In this document: one piece after another, positions 25,452-33,809 of the stretch
How positions within the stretch are numbered: position 1 is the stretch's first letter
Layout of the letters: each line of letters opens with the position of its first letter
Notes under the pieces: generated by a model
The model's database searches: none
Seen by the model: the letters and a program-made list of their open reading frames with translations, nothing else
Told to the model about the DNA's origin: nothing
Source: Burkholderiales bacterium
GTDB lineage: Bacteria > Pseudomonadota > Gammaproteobacteria > Burkholderiales > JACQAP01
Assembly (NCBI GenBank): GCA_035260785.1
Contig: DATFUO010000007.1
Span: 1-38,612, forward strand
Direction: 5' to 3'
Length of the DNA stretch: 38,612 bases
Translations under genes and position numbers: made by a program

Positions 25452-25624
25452 TTGAAATCTTCCTTAACTGTAGTGAATGGGCAATTCGCCCGAAAGCGAG
25501 AACATCAAGAGGTGAAATTAAGGAGATCTGAGGAGTACCGTTGCACGGGGCTACTGCGGACCAGCAAACTCAACGCTTGAGAATTCTGCTTCGCCGTTAT
25601 ACGCGCTCCGCCGCGCAAGGTCAA
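25452..25624 (-). promoter_or_regulatory. csp promoter (TTGACC-N17-TATAAC) plus conserved long 5' UTR
   Basis: On the minus strand the -35 is at 25619-25624 and the -10 at 25596-25601, with 17-nt spacing. The leader segment 25504-25612 aligns with 21489-21590. Confidence 0.7.
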
Positions 25625-25627
25625 AGC

Positions 25628-26236
25628 TTATTTTTCGGTCAACGATTTGCGGAAGCCGGGGTTGTGAACCAGTTCATGTACCGCGCCAATCAGTGCATCG
25701 CTCAGCACTTCGTAGTAGTTAGCCGCCTTGTACGAAATGCCAAAGCGACTCGACGACCCGCTGGTCGCGACCACCCACAGAATCCTTCCATTCGCATCGG
25801 TGAACGTGACCTGCACCTCGACTTCAGCGTTATAGCGGCTGGCATCCTCGGCGAAGAATTTCCTGATCTCGCCCTTCAGGATCACATCCCCCCCGCTTTC
25901 CACCACCTTCAGCCCCAGACCGGACATGAGCGATTTGACCTGATACGTCACGAAGCGCGCGACATCCTCGTTCGTGGTGACCTTGCGAAATGGCACCTTG
26001 TTCGTATTGCGGCCGATAGAGGCGGGATCCTCGCGCCGGTCGGTAAAAGCATCGATCTGCAGCTTGATGCCTTCGAGTTCTTTAAGGTCGACCGGCGCCC
26101 TCTCGGACATCGGCGAAGTCGGCTTCCATTCCAGCGGGATACCTTCAAGTTTGTCGGCGGCATACGCGGCGGCGCCGGTGCCGAGAGAAATGCAGGCGGC
26201 AAGAATCGCGATCACGAAACGGAACCATCTTGTCAT
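25628..26236 (-). CDS. Lipoprotein of unknown function
   Basis: RBS AAGGAG precedes the ATG at 26236. The N-terminus MTRWFRFVIAILAACISLG carries lipobox LAAC. The protein is 202 aa. Confidence 0.8.
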   Translation of the reverse strand: MTRWFRFVIAILAACISLGTGAAAYAADKLEGIPLEWKPTSPMSERAPVDLKELEGIKLQIDAFTDRREDPASIGRNTNKVPFRKVTTNEDVARFVTYQVKSLMSGLGLKVVESGGDVILKGEIRKFFAEDASRYNAEVEVQVTFTDANGRILWVVATSGSSSRFGISYKAANYYEVLSDALIGAVHELVHNPGFRKSLTEK

Positions 26237-26300
26237 TCGAATTACTCCTTGGTTGACGAAAGGCATGTGGGGGGGTATCGATTGGTCGCGAATAATGAAC

Positions 26301-26804
26301 TTAATTCACCTCCGCCTTGTTCAATCTGCCCGTGATAGCGTCGATCTCGACGGTCGCCTTGTGGTTGCTGGGAAGGAACATCTGGTATTTGTACATGGGC
26401 CCGCCGCTCAGGCCGACCGACAACTCCATGGTGGTGATCCTGACCGGTCCCGTGAAAATCTCCGGCGCCGATGCACGGGCCTTTGCCTCCGCGACGGTCG
26501 CCCGCTGATACATCGAGTAGCGAAACAGCCCGATCTTGTTCTTGAATTGGAAGTTCGCAGGATTGGCCGGGTCGCAGAATGCCTCGGCATTGGTGCCTTC
26601 CGGATTCAGGACGCTGATTACGTAAGGCGTCATCTCGCCGCCGCCGCTTTGCTGCCATCCCGTCACCACGCCCGGGCGCTCCTTGAGCATCGCATCGAGA
26701 CAGGTCTCAAGCGTCCCGCCGCTTTCCCACGGATTGCCCGCGATGGCGGGCGGCAGCAGAACCAGGTTCAGTGTCACAACGAAAAGGAAAAAAATGGATT
26801 TCAT
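26301..26804 (-). CDS. Secreted hypothetical protein (PepSY-like C-terminus suspected)
   Basis: The ATG at 26804 gives signal peptide MKSIFFLFVVTLNLVLLPPAIAG. The protein is 167 aa. The C-terminus (ATVEIDAITGRLNKAEV) loosely resembles a PepSY domain. Confidence 0.65.
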   Translation of the reverse strand: MKSIFFLFVVTLNLVLLPPAIAGNPWESGGTLETCLDAMLKERPGVVTGWQQSGGGEMTPYVISVLNPEGTNAEAFCDPANPANFQFKNKIGLFRYSMYQRATVAEAKARASAPEIFTGPVRITTMELSVGLSGGPMYKYQMFLPSNHKATVEIDAITGRLNKAEVN

Positions 26805-26920
26805 GATTTTATCGCGCGATGTTAGAAAGGCCGTCACTGCCTTTACGACCGCCACCGGTGCGCTAGGTTCTCAGCGCCGGCACATTGTTAGGGCTGGAGC
26901 GGCGAAGGAACGCCTCGGTC

Positions 26921-27784
26921 TCAATGCAAAGTTCTGTCCGCCACCGTGATCCTGTGCAGCAGCCGGCGATGCCCTTCGTAACCGCCGGTGGCAGCATGAA
27001 TCACGCTGCGGTTGTCCCACATGATCAGCATGCCCTGCGCCCACTTGTGGCGATAGACATATTCCGGCCTGGCCTGATGGGCATACAGCTCATTCAGAAT
27101 GGGAATGGCTTCGTCGTCGGGAATGCCGTCGATGCCGATGGTGTAGCCAGGACTGACGTAGAGTGCGAGGCGCCCGGTTTCGGTATGCGGTCGCGCGAGC
27201 GGATGTAGCTGGGTCTTCAATGCCGAGTCGCCGTACTTGATCGCCATCGATCGTCCCTTGTCGCGCTCGCCGTACGTGCCCTGCTTCGCATAACCCTTGC
27301 GCGCCGAGTGGATCGCCATCTTGTTCTTCAGCAACGCCTTCATCGAACCCGGCAGTCCATCCCACGCGGCCTGCTGATTTGAAAACAGGGTGTCGCCGCC
27401 GATGGGCGGAATGATGTTGCCGTAGAGCACGGTCGCCGCGGGCGGGCGCTTCAGGAAGCTCCAGTCGGAGTGCCAGGTTTCTGCAAAGATCGGCGTCGTT
27501 TCATCGGGCTCGCGCTTGACCTGCACCACGCGCGGATGCCCGGCGATCGCCTCGATGTAAGGGTCTTCGCCGTTCGGTCCCATGTACGTGGCAAAGCGCT
27601 CGATGTCCGCAATCTTCATCGGCTGGTCCGGAAACGCAACCACCTGGTGCTTCAGCCATGCGGAACGAATATCCGCCACCTCGCCGGGGGTGAGGTCTCG
27701 GGCAAGGTCGAGCCCGCGGATGAGCGCACCGCATGAGGCCGACTGTCGCGTCACTTCGATGCCCATTTGTCGCTTTCCCGTCAT
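26921..27784 (-). CDS. TauD/TfdA-family Fe(II)/2-oxoglutarate dioxygenase
   Basis: An HxD motif is present (WHSDWS). The distal His context is RSVIHAATGG. The overall layout is TauD-like. An alternative start ATG at 27766 (MGIEV...) has a GGGAAAG RBS and fits the TauD N-terminus better. Confidence 0.88.
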   Translation of the reverse strand: MTGKRQMGIEVTRQSASCGALIRGLDLARDLTPGEVADIRSAWLKHQVVAFPDQPMKIADIERFATYMGPNGEDPYIEAIAGHPRVVQVKREPDETTPIFAETWHSDWSFLKRPPAATVLYGNIIPPIGGDTLFSNQQAAWDGLPGSMKALLKNKMAIHSARKGYAKQGTYGERDKGRSMAIKYGDSALKTQLHPLARPHTETGRLALYVSPGYTIGIDGIPDDEAIPILNELYAHQARPEYVYRHKWAQGMLIMWDNRSVIHAATGGYEGHRRLLHRITVADRTLH

Positions 27785-28062
27785 CGGACAATTTCACGGT
27801 CGATTTTAAACCGCATGCCGCGATCTTGCAGGGTCCCCTCGATGATTTTATGTCGCCAAATCACGACGACTCCCGGGTCATGGTCCAGCCAAACCCGGCG
27901 AACCTCGGCAGCCAATGCCGGTGTCGGTACCGCCCGGATCCGTCCTTCCCAAAATATAAGCATCCGGGCGCGGGAATGAGGTCCATACTGGTCGTGCCGC
28001 GCGTCGCGTCCGGCCCCTCCGGCGCGGCAGACTGCCCTGCCCAGGGCTCCACGGAGATCCGC

Positions 28063-28302
28063 ATGAGTGCCGGCCCGAAGGAAAATCCCGAAAATACCCT
28101 CTCACCCCTCCCGCGCAACGCAAACCCTGATCGGCCTGCACCGGAAGTCCGCAAGGACATCGAATCGCACGTTGTAGCATCGTCGAAAGACGGCAAACAG
28201 GAACGCAAGGTCGAGTTCGCGCAGGGAACCATCTACCGCCAGGGTATCCGCGTTCCCAACGGGCCGAATAAAAGCCCGGTGTCCCGCGGCAGAAACAAAT
28301 AG
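28063..28302 (+). CDS. Possible small low-complexity protein (79 aa); very uncertain
   Basis: The best RBS in a 600-bp gap is GGAGA, 6 nt before the ATG at 28063. This frame has high third-position G+C by manual count. The product is Pro/Asn/Lys-rich and matches nothing I recognise. Confidence 0.3.
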   Translation: MSAGPKENPENTLSPLPRNANPDRPAPEVRKDIESHVVASSKDGKQERKVEFAQGTIYRQGIRVPNGPNKSPVSRGRNK

Positions 28303-28383
28303 GCCGGTCGAACCATTTTCCCCGGCGGATCGCAACACGTCCGCCAGGCCGCAGTTCTTCATGGATGTCTGTCGAGGTCGAAA

Positions 28384-28743
28384 ATGAGCAATGAGAAATG
28401 GGCCATGCTTTTCAAGCAATTCAGGACTCGAACCGAAGTGCGCAGCACGCTGACCAGTACCCTCAGAACGCTGATGGAATCCGGCAGCAGCCAGACCGTA
28501 TTTCCCGCGGAGATCAGCGCGCTGGCCACCGGCAACGATCGCGAAGTTATGGAATCTTATGGCCTCGTAAAATCCTTTTGCGACAGCAAGAAAGGAAATG
28601 ACCGCCGCTCCGTCGCCGCCACGATCGGCGGCGAAGTGCGCGACCTCTTCGCCAGGGCCCTCGAGAGAATGAAGGAACTGCCTCCCGAGCCGATCAGGCG
28701 CGAACCGATCATCGCCGCCACGCGCCTGGTGCAACGTGCCTGA
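28384..28743 (+). CDS. Hypothetical protein (119 aa)
   Basis: RBS GAGG lies about 7 nt upstream. Third-position G+C is about 75-80% by manual count, against about 50% for the overlapping antisense ORF. The composition is globular-looking. I recognise no family. Confidence 0.6.
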   Translation: MSNEKWAMLFKQFRTRTEVRSTLTSTLRTLMESGSSQTVFPAEISALATGNDREVMESYGLVKSFCDSKKGNDRRSVAATIGGEVRDLFARALERMKELPPEPIRREPIIAATRLVQRA

Positions 28744-29089
28744 ACCAGGCGACACCCCTGTCATCACGGCCGCCTACGACTCGGTCGGTTATCAGACGGC
28801 ACTGGTGCAGGCACAGGCAAGTATCAGGACCGTTATTCAGCGCCGGCAACTCGACCCTCTGCGCTACATTGTCGAGATCGACGCCGGGCTGCCTGTGTTC
28901 GCAACCCGCGAAACGCATCAGTTGCGCATCGCCTACAACCGCTTCCAGGTCCTCTCGATGGAGGTCACCATTCCGCATGCCTGGATGCTGGAGCAGACCG
29001 GCAAGGGCCACGAAGATTTCCTGATTGCCGTCGACGAGATGGTCCTGGCACTGAAGGGCAAGATTCAGGCGGCGGGGCGGCCAATCTAA
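28736..29089 (+). CDS. Hypothetical protein (117 aa)
   Basis: The GTG start at 28736 overlaps the upstream stop by 8 nt, which suggests translational coupling. The composition is protein-like. I recognise no family. Confidence 0.55.
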   Translation: MPEPGDTPVITAAYDSVGYQTALVQAQASIRTVIQRRQLDPLRYIVEIDAGLPVFATRETHQLRIAYNRFQVLSMEVTIPHAWMLEQTGKGHEDFLIAVDEMVLALKGKIQAAGRPI

Positions 29090-29093
29090 GGGC

Positions 29094-29197
29094 GAGAGAC
29101 AAGCTGGAAGAGAAAAGGCCCGTGGAAGGCCTATGTCCTGCAGTTCTTGCTTTTTCTTGTCTCTTTCCTCTTTCCTCTTTGATCTTTCCTCTTTTTC
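29094..29197. repeat. Palindromic element with five tandem CTTTCCT-type heptamers (pyrimidine orientation)
   Basis: There is an inverted repeat: GAGAGACAAG (29094-29103) and CTTGTCTC (29155-29162). Heptamer registers span 29163-29197, with three perfect CTTTCCT and two degenerate units. It lies between convergent genes. Confidence 0.75.
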
Positions 29198-29267
29198 AGC
29201 TGATCGCGCCCCTCCGGAAAATCGCCGGACCCATACCGCCCGCATTTCTTCCTGCTGGCGAAGACAG

Positions 29268-30986
29268 TCACCCATCCACGTAGCGCACGATATCCGCGAG
29301 CTCGAATTTCGCAGCACCACCGGCCGCGGGGAGGGTCGGCACCCAGCGCGGGTGCTGCACGAGATAGGATTGGTTGTCATGCACAACCAGACCGATCAAC
29401 ACCTCCGCCACGATGCGCCCTCCGACTTCGCCCAGATGACTGCCGCCGAGCTTTTGCTTTTTCTTTTTCTTGTCTTCATCCTCGAACTCGGTTTCCCGCC
29501 GATTCGCCAGTTCCGCCTCGCGAAGTATGTAGAACCAGAGTGGCGCGTTTTCGTGCAGTTGTTCGCGGTTGTCGGCGAATAACTTCCGGCGCTTCTGAAT
29601 CGCCGCATCATCGGTGAGGTTACCGGCATCGTGCCAGAGCTCTTTATCTGTCAGCGGCTCGATGCCCATGCGCCGCGCCACCTCCTGGCCGCTTGGCAAC
29701 CCGAGGGCCACGCCGCGCATGAGGTTGAGTGCCGGCAGAGACTTGCGCCCGGGCTTGGTCTCGCCGCGATGGTCAGGCAGGTTTGCGAGCGGATCGACCA
29801 GTTGCGTGTCGATGCGATAAGCCGGCTGCGGCCGGACGAAGTCGCTGAACGGTTTCTTGTTGAACGGCGGATTTCTGTTCTGAATTCCGGGCAGGAAGAA
29901 GCTCCAGTCGATTCCCCAGGATTCGATCAGCGGCCGGAATCCATTAAGACTCTTCACATCGTTGCAACTGAATGGCATCGCGAAAATCGGCAGGCGCTTC
30001 AAATTGTCCGGCGGCGCAACGACCTGATGCGGGATCATCGCGCTGAGGGAATAGCTGGGCCGAACCATGGAATGCCCGAAGCGATAGGCCGCAACCGAAA
30101 ATTCCACGGGCATGTACGGATAGCGCGCATCGTCGGGTCGATAGAACTGCAGGTCCGGCTTGCCCTTGTTGAAGACGGCGCCAAACATCCTGTCGCCGAC
30201 GATCCGGCGCAGGAAATCGTGCAGGACCACCCACTGATAGTGCCACCGGACCTGGCGCTGAGCGGTATCAAATGCTTCCTTGCCCGTGATCTGTCCGCGC
30301 AAGTCCGTTGGCCTGGCAAGTTCCGCCATGACCTTATTGTGCACGCGCTGCCAAAGCGCGTGTATCTGGACAACAATGCTGTTTTCGTCATTGCGGGGAT
30401 CGCCAATGATGGCGCGTGCGCATTCCGCTGCCCCGGTTTCGCCGCTGATGTCGGCCGGTGCGCGCTGGACGTCGAAACGCCTCGCGGGATTCAGATAGGC
30501 AGGGGTCCTGTCTGCACCGAGCTTGATTGTGAAGTCGGGATTGTAGAGATACGGCTGATCGATCGGTCCGCGCCCGTAAACACTGTCGAGATCCAGCCGG
30601 GCAGTCCTGAAATCTTCCACGGCGGCGGGATCGTTGTCGCGGTCCAGGCTCGACGCAGTATCGAACGTAATGTCGTGGTCGATGAACTGTCCGAAGTAGG
30701 TATAGCCGGCGGGAATGTCAGGATTCTCATCGACAGGCTCGGCTTCGTCGATCGGTGCACCGGCATCTTGCTTGATCATCGTCTCGGCGATGGCGCGCAT
30801 GAGGGCTTCGTCTTCCTGAAGCGTATCGCCGTAGCGCGCGGGGGCCAGTTCCGGGAACATGCGCCCGAATCTGCCGAAGCCTTCCGCCACCCGGGCAACG
30901 GCGTCGAGCCCCCGTTCCCTGCGTCCGTGTCCCGGTGGCCGCACCGATTGAGTAGAACTGGTTTTTCTCGATCTGTCTGCGTTCAT
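29268..30986 (-). CDS. Animal-haem-peroxidase (peroxidase-cyclooxygenase superfamily) protein
   Basis: Motifs YFGQFIDHDITF (distal His), GDPRNDEN, IHALWQRVHN, and EFSVAAYRFGHSMV (proximal His). RBS GGAGGG precedes the ATG at 30986; an alternative ATG lies at 31016. There is no signal peptide. A charged insert EDEDKKKKKQK is present. Confidence 0.88.
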   Translation of the reverse strand: MNADRSRKTSSTQSVRPPGHGRRERGLDAVARVAEGFGRFGRMFPELAPARYGDTLQEDEALMRAIAETMIKQDAGAPIDEAEPVDENPDIPAGYTYFGQFIDHDITFDTASSLDRDNDPAAVEDFRTARLDLDSVYGRGPIDQPYLYNPDFTIKLGADRTPAYLNPARRFDVQRAPADISGETGAAECARAIIGDPRNDENSIVVQIHALWQRVHNKVMAELARPTDLRGQITGKEAFDTAQRQVRWHYQWVVLHDFLRRIVGDRMFGAVFNKGKPDLQFYRPDDARYPYMPVEFSVAAYRFGHSMVRPSYSLSAMIPHQVVAPPDNLKRLPIFAMPFSCNDVKSLNGFRPLIESWGIDWSFFLPGIQNRNPPFNKKPFSDFVRPQPAYRIDTQLVDPLANLPDHRGETKPGRKSLPALNLMRGVALGLPSGQEVARRMGIEPLTDKELWHDAGNLTDDAAIQKRRKLFADNREQLHENAPLWFYILREAELANRRETEFEDEDKKKKKQKLGGSHLGEVGGRIVAEVLIGLVVHDNQSYLVQHPRWVPTLPAAGGAAKFELADIVRYVDG

Positions 30987-31099
30987 ATTGCCCTCCGCAT
31001 GTGAAGAAATGAACATTTCCTGACCGCAGAATCAATTGCAACGGCCAGCTCTATAGTCCATCGTCGAATCCGGCCAATCACGAGAATTTCCCCGAACGA

Positions 31100-32044
31100 T
31101 CAGGCATGCGGTCGCGCGATGGGCCCTTCCGCGCCGTGCACCGCATTGGAATACATGAACTGAACCGGAATGCGCTTCCTTGCTACCGCGGCCTTGACCT
31201 CCTTGAACACCTGCTTCAGATCGGCGGCCGCAAATATCGGCTGGTCGCCCACTTCGTGGCCAGCGCGGGAACTCCACCCGAGGAAGTCGTTATTGTCTTT
31301 CTCGATCGCGTCGTTCACGTCCGCATCGGTGCGAAACTCGTTGATCTCGTGATAAAGCGTACCTACAACGTTCTTCCATGGTTTATTGAAAACAGCGATT
31401 CCGTTTTCCCTGCCACTGGCCTGGATCTCGGAGTAGACACTCGCCGAGTAATAAAGCGTGATTTTTTTACCGCCGCGCCTGATGTGCAGCGAGCCGTGAA
31501 ATCCGCCGAGGCCATCGGTCGAAGACGAACCGCCCAGTTTCAGGACGCTGCCTGACGGCAGGATCAGATTGAAAATCGCCGTATCGAGGTCCATCCTCTT
31601 GATCAGCTTGCCGTCGTAAAGGCTGGCGACGATCGCCTGTATGCCGGGTTCGTCGAGCCGGCGGGGCCGGACGTCGTCGAGGACGAACGATACGCGCATG
31701 TCGCAGGAAAGTGCGGTACCGTGGAAATACTGCGCCATCACGTTATTGAGGCGCCGGTCGCACATGGCGAGATGGATTGCGTTGTCGATGGAGCTGACAT
31801 CGCTCTGCTTCCAGGACGCGATGCCGCCCAGATAGACATTTTGAAATTCCATCCGGGGCACGATCTTTCCGCCATGGAATATCAGATCTTCGAGCGGGTC
31901 GGGGCTGATGCCGCGCGCGATTGCCTTCGGCATCGGCCAGGCATGGGGAAGCGCGCTCTGGCTGAAATACCTTTTTTCGGCGGCGGAACCCGGGCGCGCC
32001 TGAATGCGCATCGGCATGCGTGCCGGATAATAAGGTTCTGACAT
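31100..32044 (-). CDS. Hypothetical protein (314 aa) upstream of the peroxidase
   Basis: The open frame has protein-like composition (LIFHGGKIVPRMEFQNVYLGG...GGFHGSLH...LYHEINEFRTD). The ATG at 32044 is preferred over the TTG at 32086. There is no signal peptide, and I recognise no family. Confidence 0.7.
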   Translation of the reverse strand: MSEPYYPARMPMRIQARPGSAAEKRYFSQSALPHAWPMPKAIARGISPDPLEDLIFHGGKIVPRMEFQNVYLGGIASWKQSDVSSIDNAIHLAMCDRRLNNVMAQYFHGTALSCDMRVSFVLDDVRPRRLDEPGIQAIVASLYDGKLIKRMDLDTAIFNLILPSGSVLKLGGSSSTDGLGGFHGSLHIRRGGKKITLYYSASVYSEIQASGRENGIAVFNKPWKNVVGTLYHEINEFRTDADVNDAIEKDNNDFLGWSSRAGHEVGDQPIFAAADLKQVFKEVKAAVARKRIPVQFMYSNAVHGAEGPIARPHA

Positions 32045-32361
32045 TTCAGCGCCCGTATGAGGTGAACCTGCGTGCTCCGGATTCAATTATCCGTTTTCGA
32101 CCCCAATTCACGAAACATCTTTTTTTGCGGGCCCGGAATCGAAATTTCGCGAGGCCATTGCGGCAGGATCGCACCATGACGGTTACAAATGGCTTACGAA
32201 TCGAAAGGCTCGGGCACCGCCAAGGTCCAGGGCGCCCGTCAGCGATGGTGTGGCGGCGACCGGATCACGCACAGATACATCGGGTGAGTGAACCCAACGA
32301 AGATCGAATTGCACTCGGCAACGCAAAGTCGCATGATTTGGCAATCGTCCTTCCGACGGCC

Positions 32362-33108
32362 ATGAAGAAGACTCTTTATCAGATTCTCGGCGTCGAACCG
32401 AATGCTTCAGTCGCGGAGATTGAGGCGGCCTACACGCTGCGCCACGCGGAGCTCAGCGGCGCCACCATGCGCGATCCCAATAAACAGGTGCTGCTGCAGC
32501 AGGCGAAGGAAACCCTTTCCAACGCCAGCCAGCGTGCCGCCTACGATGCTTCGCTGGCGATTCGCGTGGCCGGCGCACCGGTCGAAGCGCATGACGAGCC
32601 GGAGCCGGCTTTTCTCGAGGTGTGGGGAAAGTGGATCGCTGTCGCCATCGTCGCGATCGGCCTTGGGGTGTGGTGGGCGAAGCACACTGCGTCGCCTCCC
32701 GCCAACAAGCCTCCTGCGCCGCAGGCCGTCCCGCAAGACCTTGAGCACGTCCCTCAATCCGTTCAACCCGCCCAGGCACCCGCCAGCGCAGGCGACGCAA
32801 AAGCCCCCGAGGCTGCGGCAGTCGCAATGCTACCGAGGGACGAGCCTGCCAGCCCGATCCTGGGCCAGTGGTCCTGCCGCGATGTCATTTCGGGACGCAC
32901 CAGCCAGTACAACTTCCAGCCGGACGGAACGCTCGGCGTAGCCACGACGGATGGACAATCGCTCGCGCTCACCTTCAAGGTGTCCGGTTCAGCCCTGCAA
33001 CTGGTCGGCTCCAAACAGGACAGCACGTATACGATCGAGGAACTGACCGCCAGGAAGATGATCCTGAATACGGGTACAGAGGGGCGACGCCTGGCATGTG
33101 CGCGCTAA
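32362..33108 (+). CDS. J-domain-like membrane protein lacking the HPD motif
   Basis: The ATG at 32362 gives TLYQILGVEPNASVAEIEAAYTLRHAELSGATMRDPNK...RAAYDASL, which aligns with J-domain helices I-III but has no HPD. A TM helix follows (WIAVAIVAIGLGVWWA), then a Pro/Ala-rich linker and a ~90-aa beta-rich C-domain. Confidence 0.75.
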   Translation: MKKTLYQILGVEPNASVAEIEAAYTLRHAELSGATMRDPNKQVLLQQAKETLSNASQRAAYDASLAIRVAGAPVEAHDEPEPAFLEVWGKWIAVAIVAIGLGVWWAKHTASPPANKPPAPQAVPQDLEHVPQSVQPAQAPASAGDAKAPEAAAVAMLPRDEPASPILGQWSCRDVISGRTSQYNFQPDGTLGVATTDGQSLALTFKVSGSALQLVGSKQDSTYTIEELTARKMILNTGTEGRRLACAR

Positions 33109-33176
33109 CCGGACCGTCAGAATCGCAATTAATTTTCTTCGGCCACCCGATCGTCCGCCGGGCCTCAGCCTGACCG

Positions 33177-33809
33177 TCATTTCTGGAACAGTGGCGCTTG
33201 TTTGGAAATCTGGTTCTGATACTCGGGCCAGCTCACGCCCTCGGACGATTTGAATTTGTCGAGCGCAACGCGTTTTTGCGTATAGTCGACGACTTCGCCG
33301 ATGGTCCGGAAGGTCTGCCAATGCTCGTCGGGGACTCGGAACCCAAATTTTCTTTCGATGGCGTCGACGATGCTGATCTTGACGGTATAGGGAAACCCGT
33401 TCGCCCAGGTAAATTCCGTGCTGCTGTTCAGCGTAGCCCCGGGCTTCTTCGCCTCGCGCGCGACGATGTTGACCACTTCCTGCTTTATTTCCCCGGCCTG
33501 GGCCTTTTCCAGCCGAATCGTTCCCTCGGGCAGTTTGAGTTCCGCCGCATCCGCGTACGCGATGCCTCCCAATAGCGAAGCCAGGCTGCGTCCCGTCCGG
33601 CCGGCGTCCGTGAATTCGCCCGCGACCACATTGACCGAGGGCGGATCGAATTTCACCTCGAATTCGAGTTCTCCGGGTCCGGTTATCCGCTTGAACGACA
33701 GGTCAACGTCATAGCGCCCGCCGGTGTCCTTGTGGATGAATCCGAGCCGCAATTCCTTCGGCAGTTTCGAGATCATCGGCACCGAGAAATAACCGCTTTC
33801 ATTGATCAC
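33177..33809 (-). CDS. Hypothetical protein, probably the downstream part of a frameshifted gene
   Basis: 210-aa ORF with a GTG start that overlaps the upstream stop as GTGA. It has no signal peptide or RBS of its own. The sequence continues a domain begun in the 33806-34027 ORF (see findings). Confidence 0.65.
   Translation of the reverse strand: MINESGYFSVPMISKLPKELRLGFIHKDTGGRYDVDLSFKRITGPGELEFEVKFDPPSVNVVAGEFTDAGRTGRSLASLLGGIAYADAAELKLPEGTIRLEKAQAGEIKQEVVNIVAREAKKPGATLNSSTEFTWANGFPYTVKISIVDAIERKFGFRVPDEHWQTFRTIGEVVDYTQKRVALDKFKSSEGVSWPEYQNQISKQAPLFQK

Noticed and set aside
27781-27963. 60-aa minus-strand ORF ending in an ATGA overlap with the first candidate ATG of the tauD ORF (27782-27784)
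   Set aside because: The overlap and the protein-like segment VWLDHDPGVVVIWRHKIIEG are tempting. However, third-position G+C is lower than in the opposite frame, there is no RBS, and the likely tauD start is 27766 rather than 27784. The question stays open within the 27785-28383 finding.
28102-28767. 221-aa minus-strand ORF
   Set aside because: Its third codon positions coincide with first positions of the plus-strand ORF 28384-28743 and show only about 50% G+C by manual count. The plus frame shows about 75-80%. The product is Ala/Gly/Arg-rich.
29631-31004. 457-aa plus-strand ORF
   Set aside because: It is antisense to the haem peroxidase gene, which carries unmistakable family motifs.
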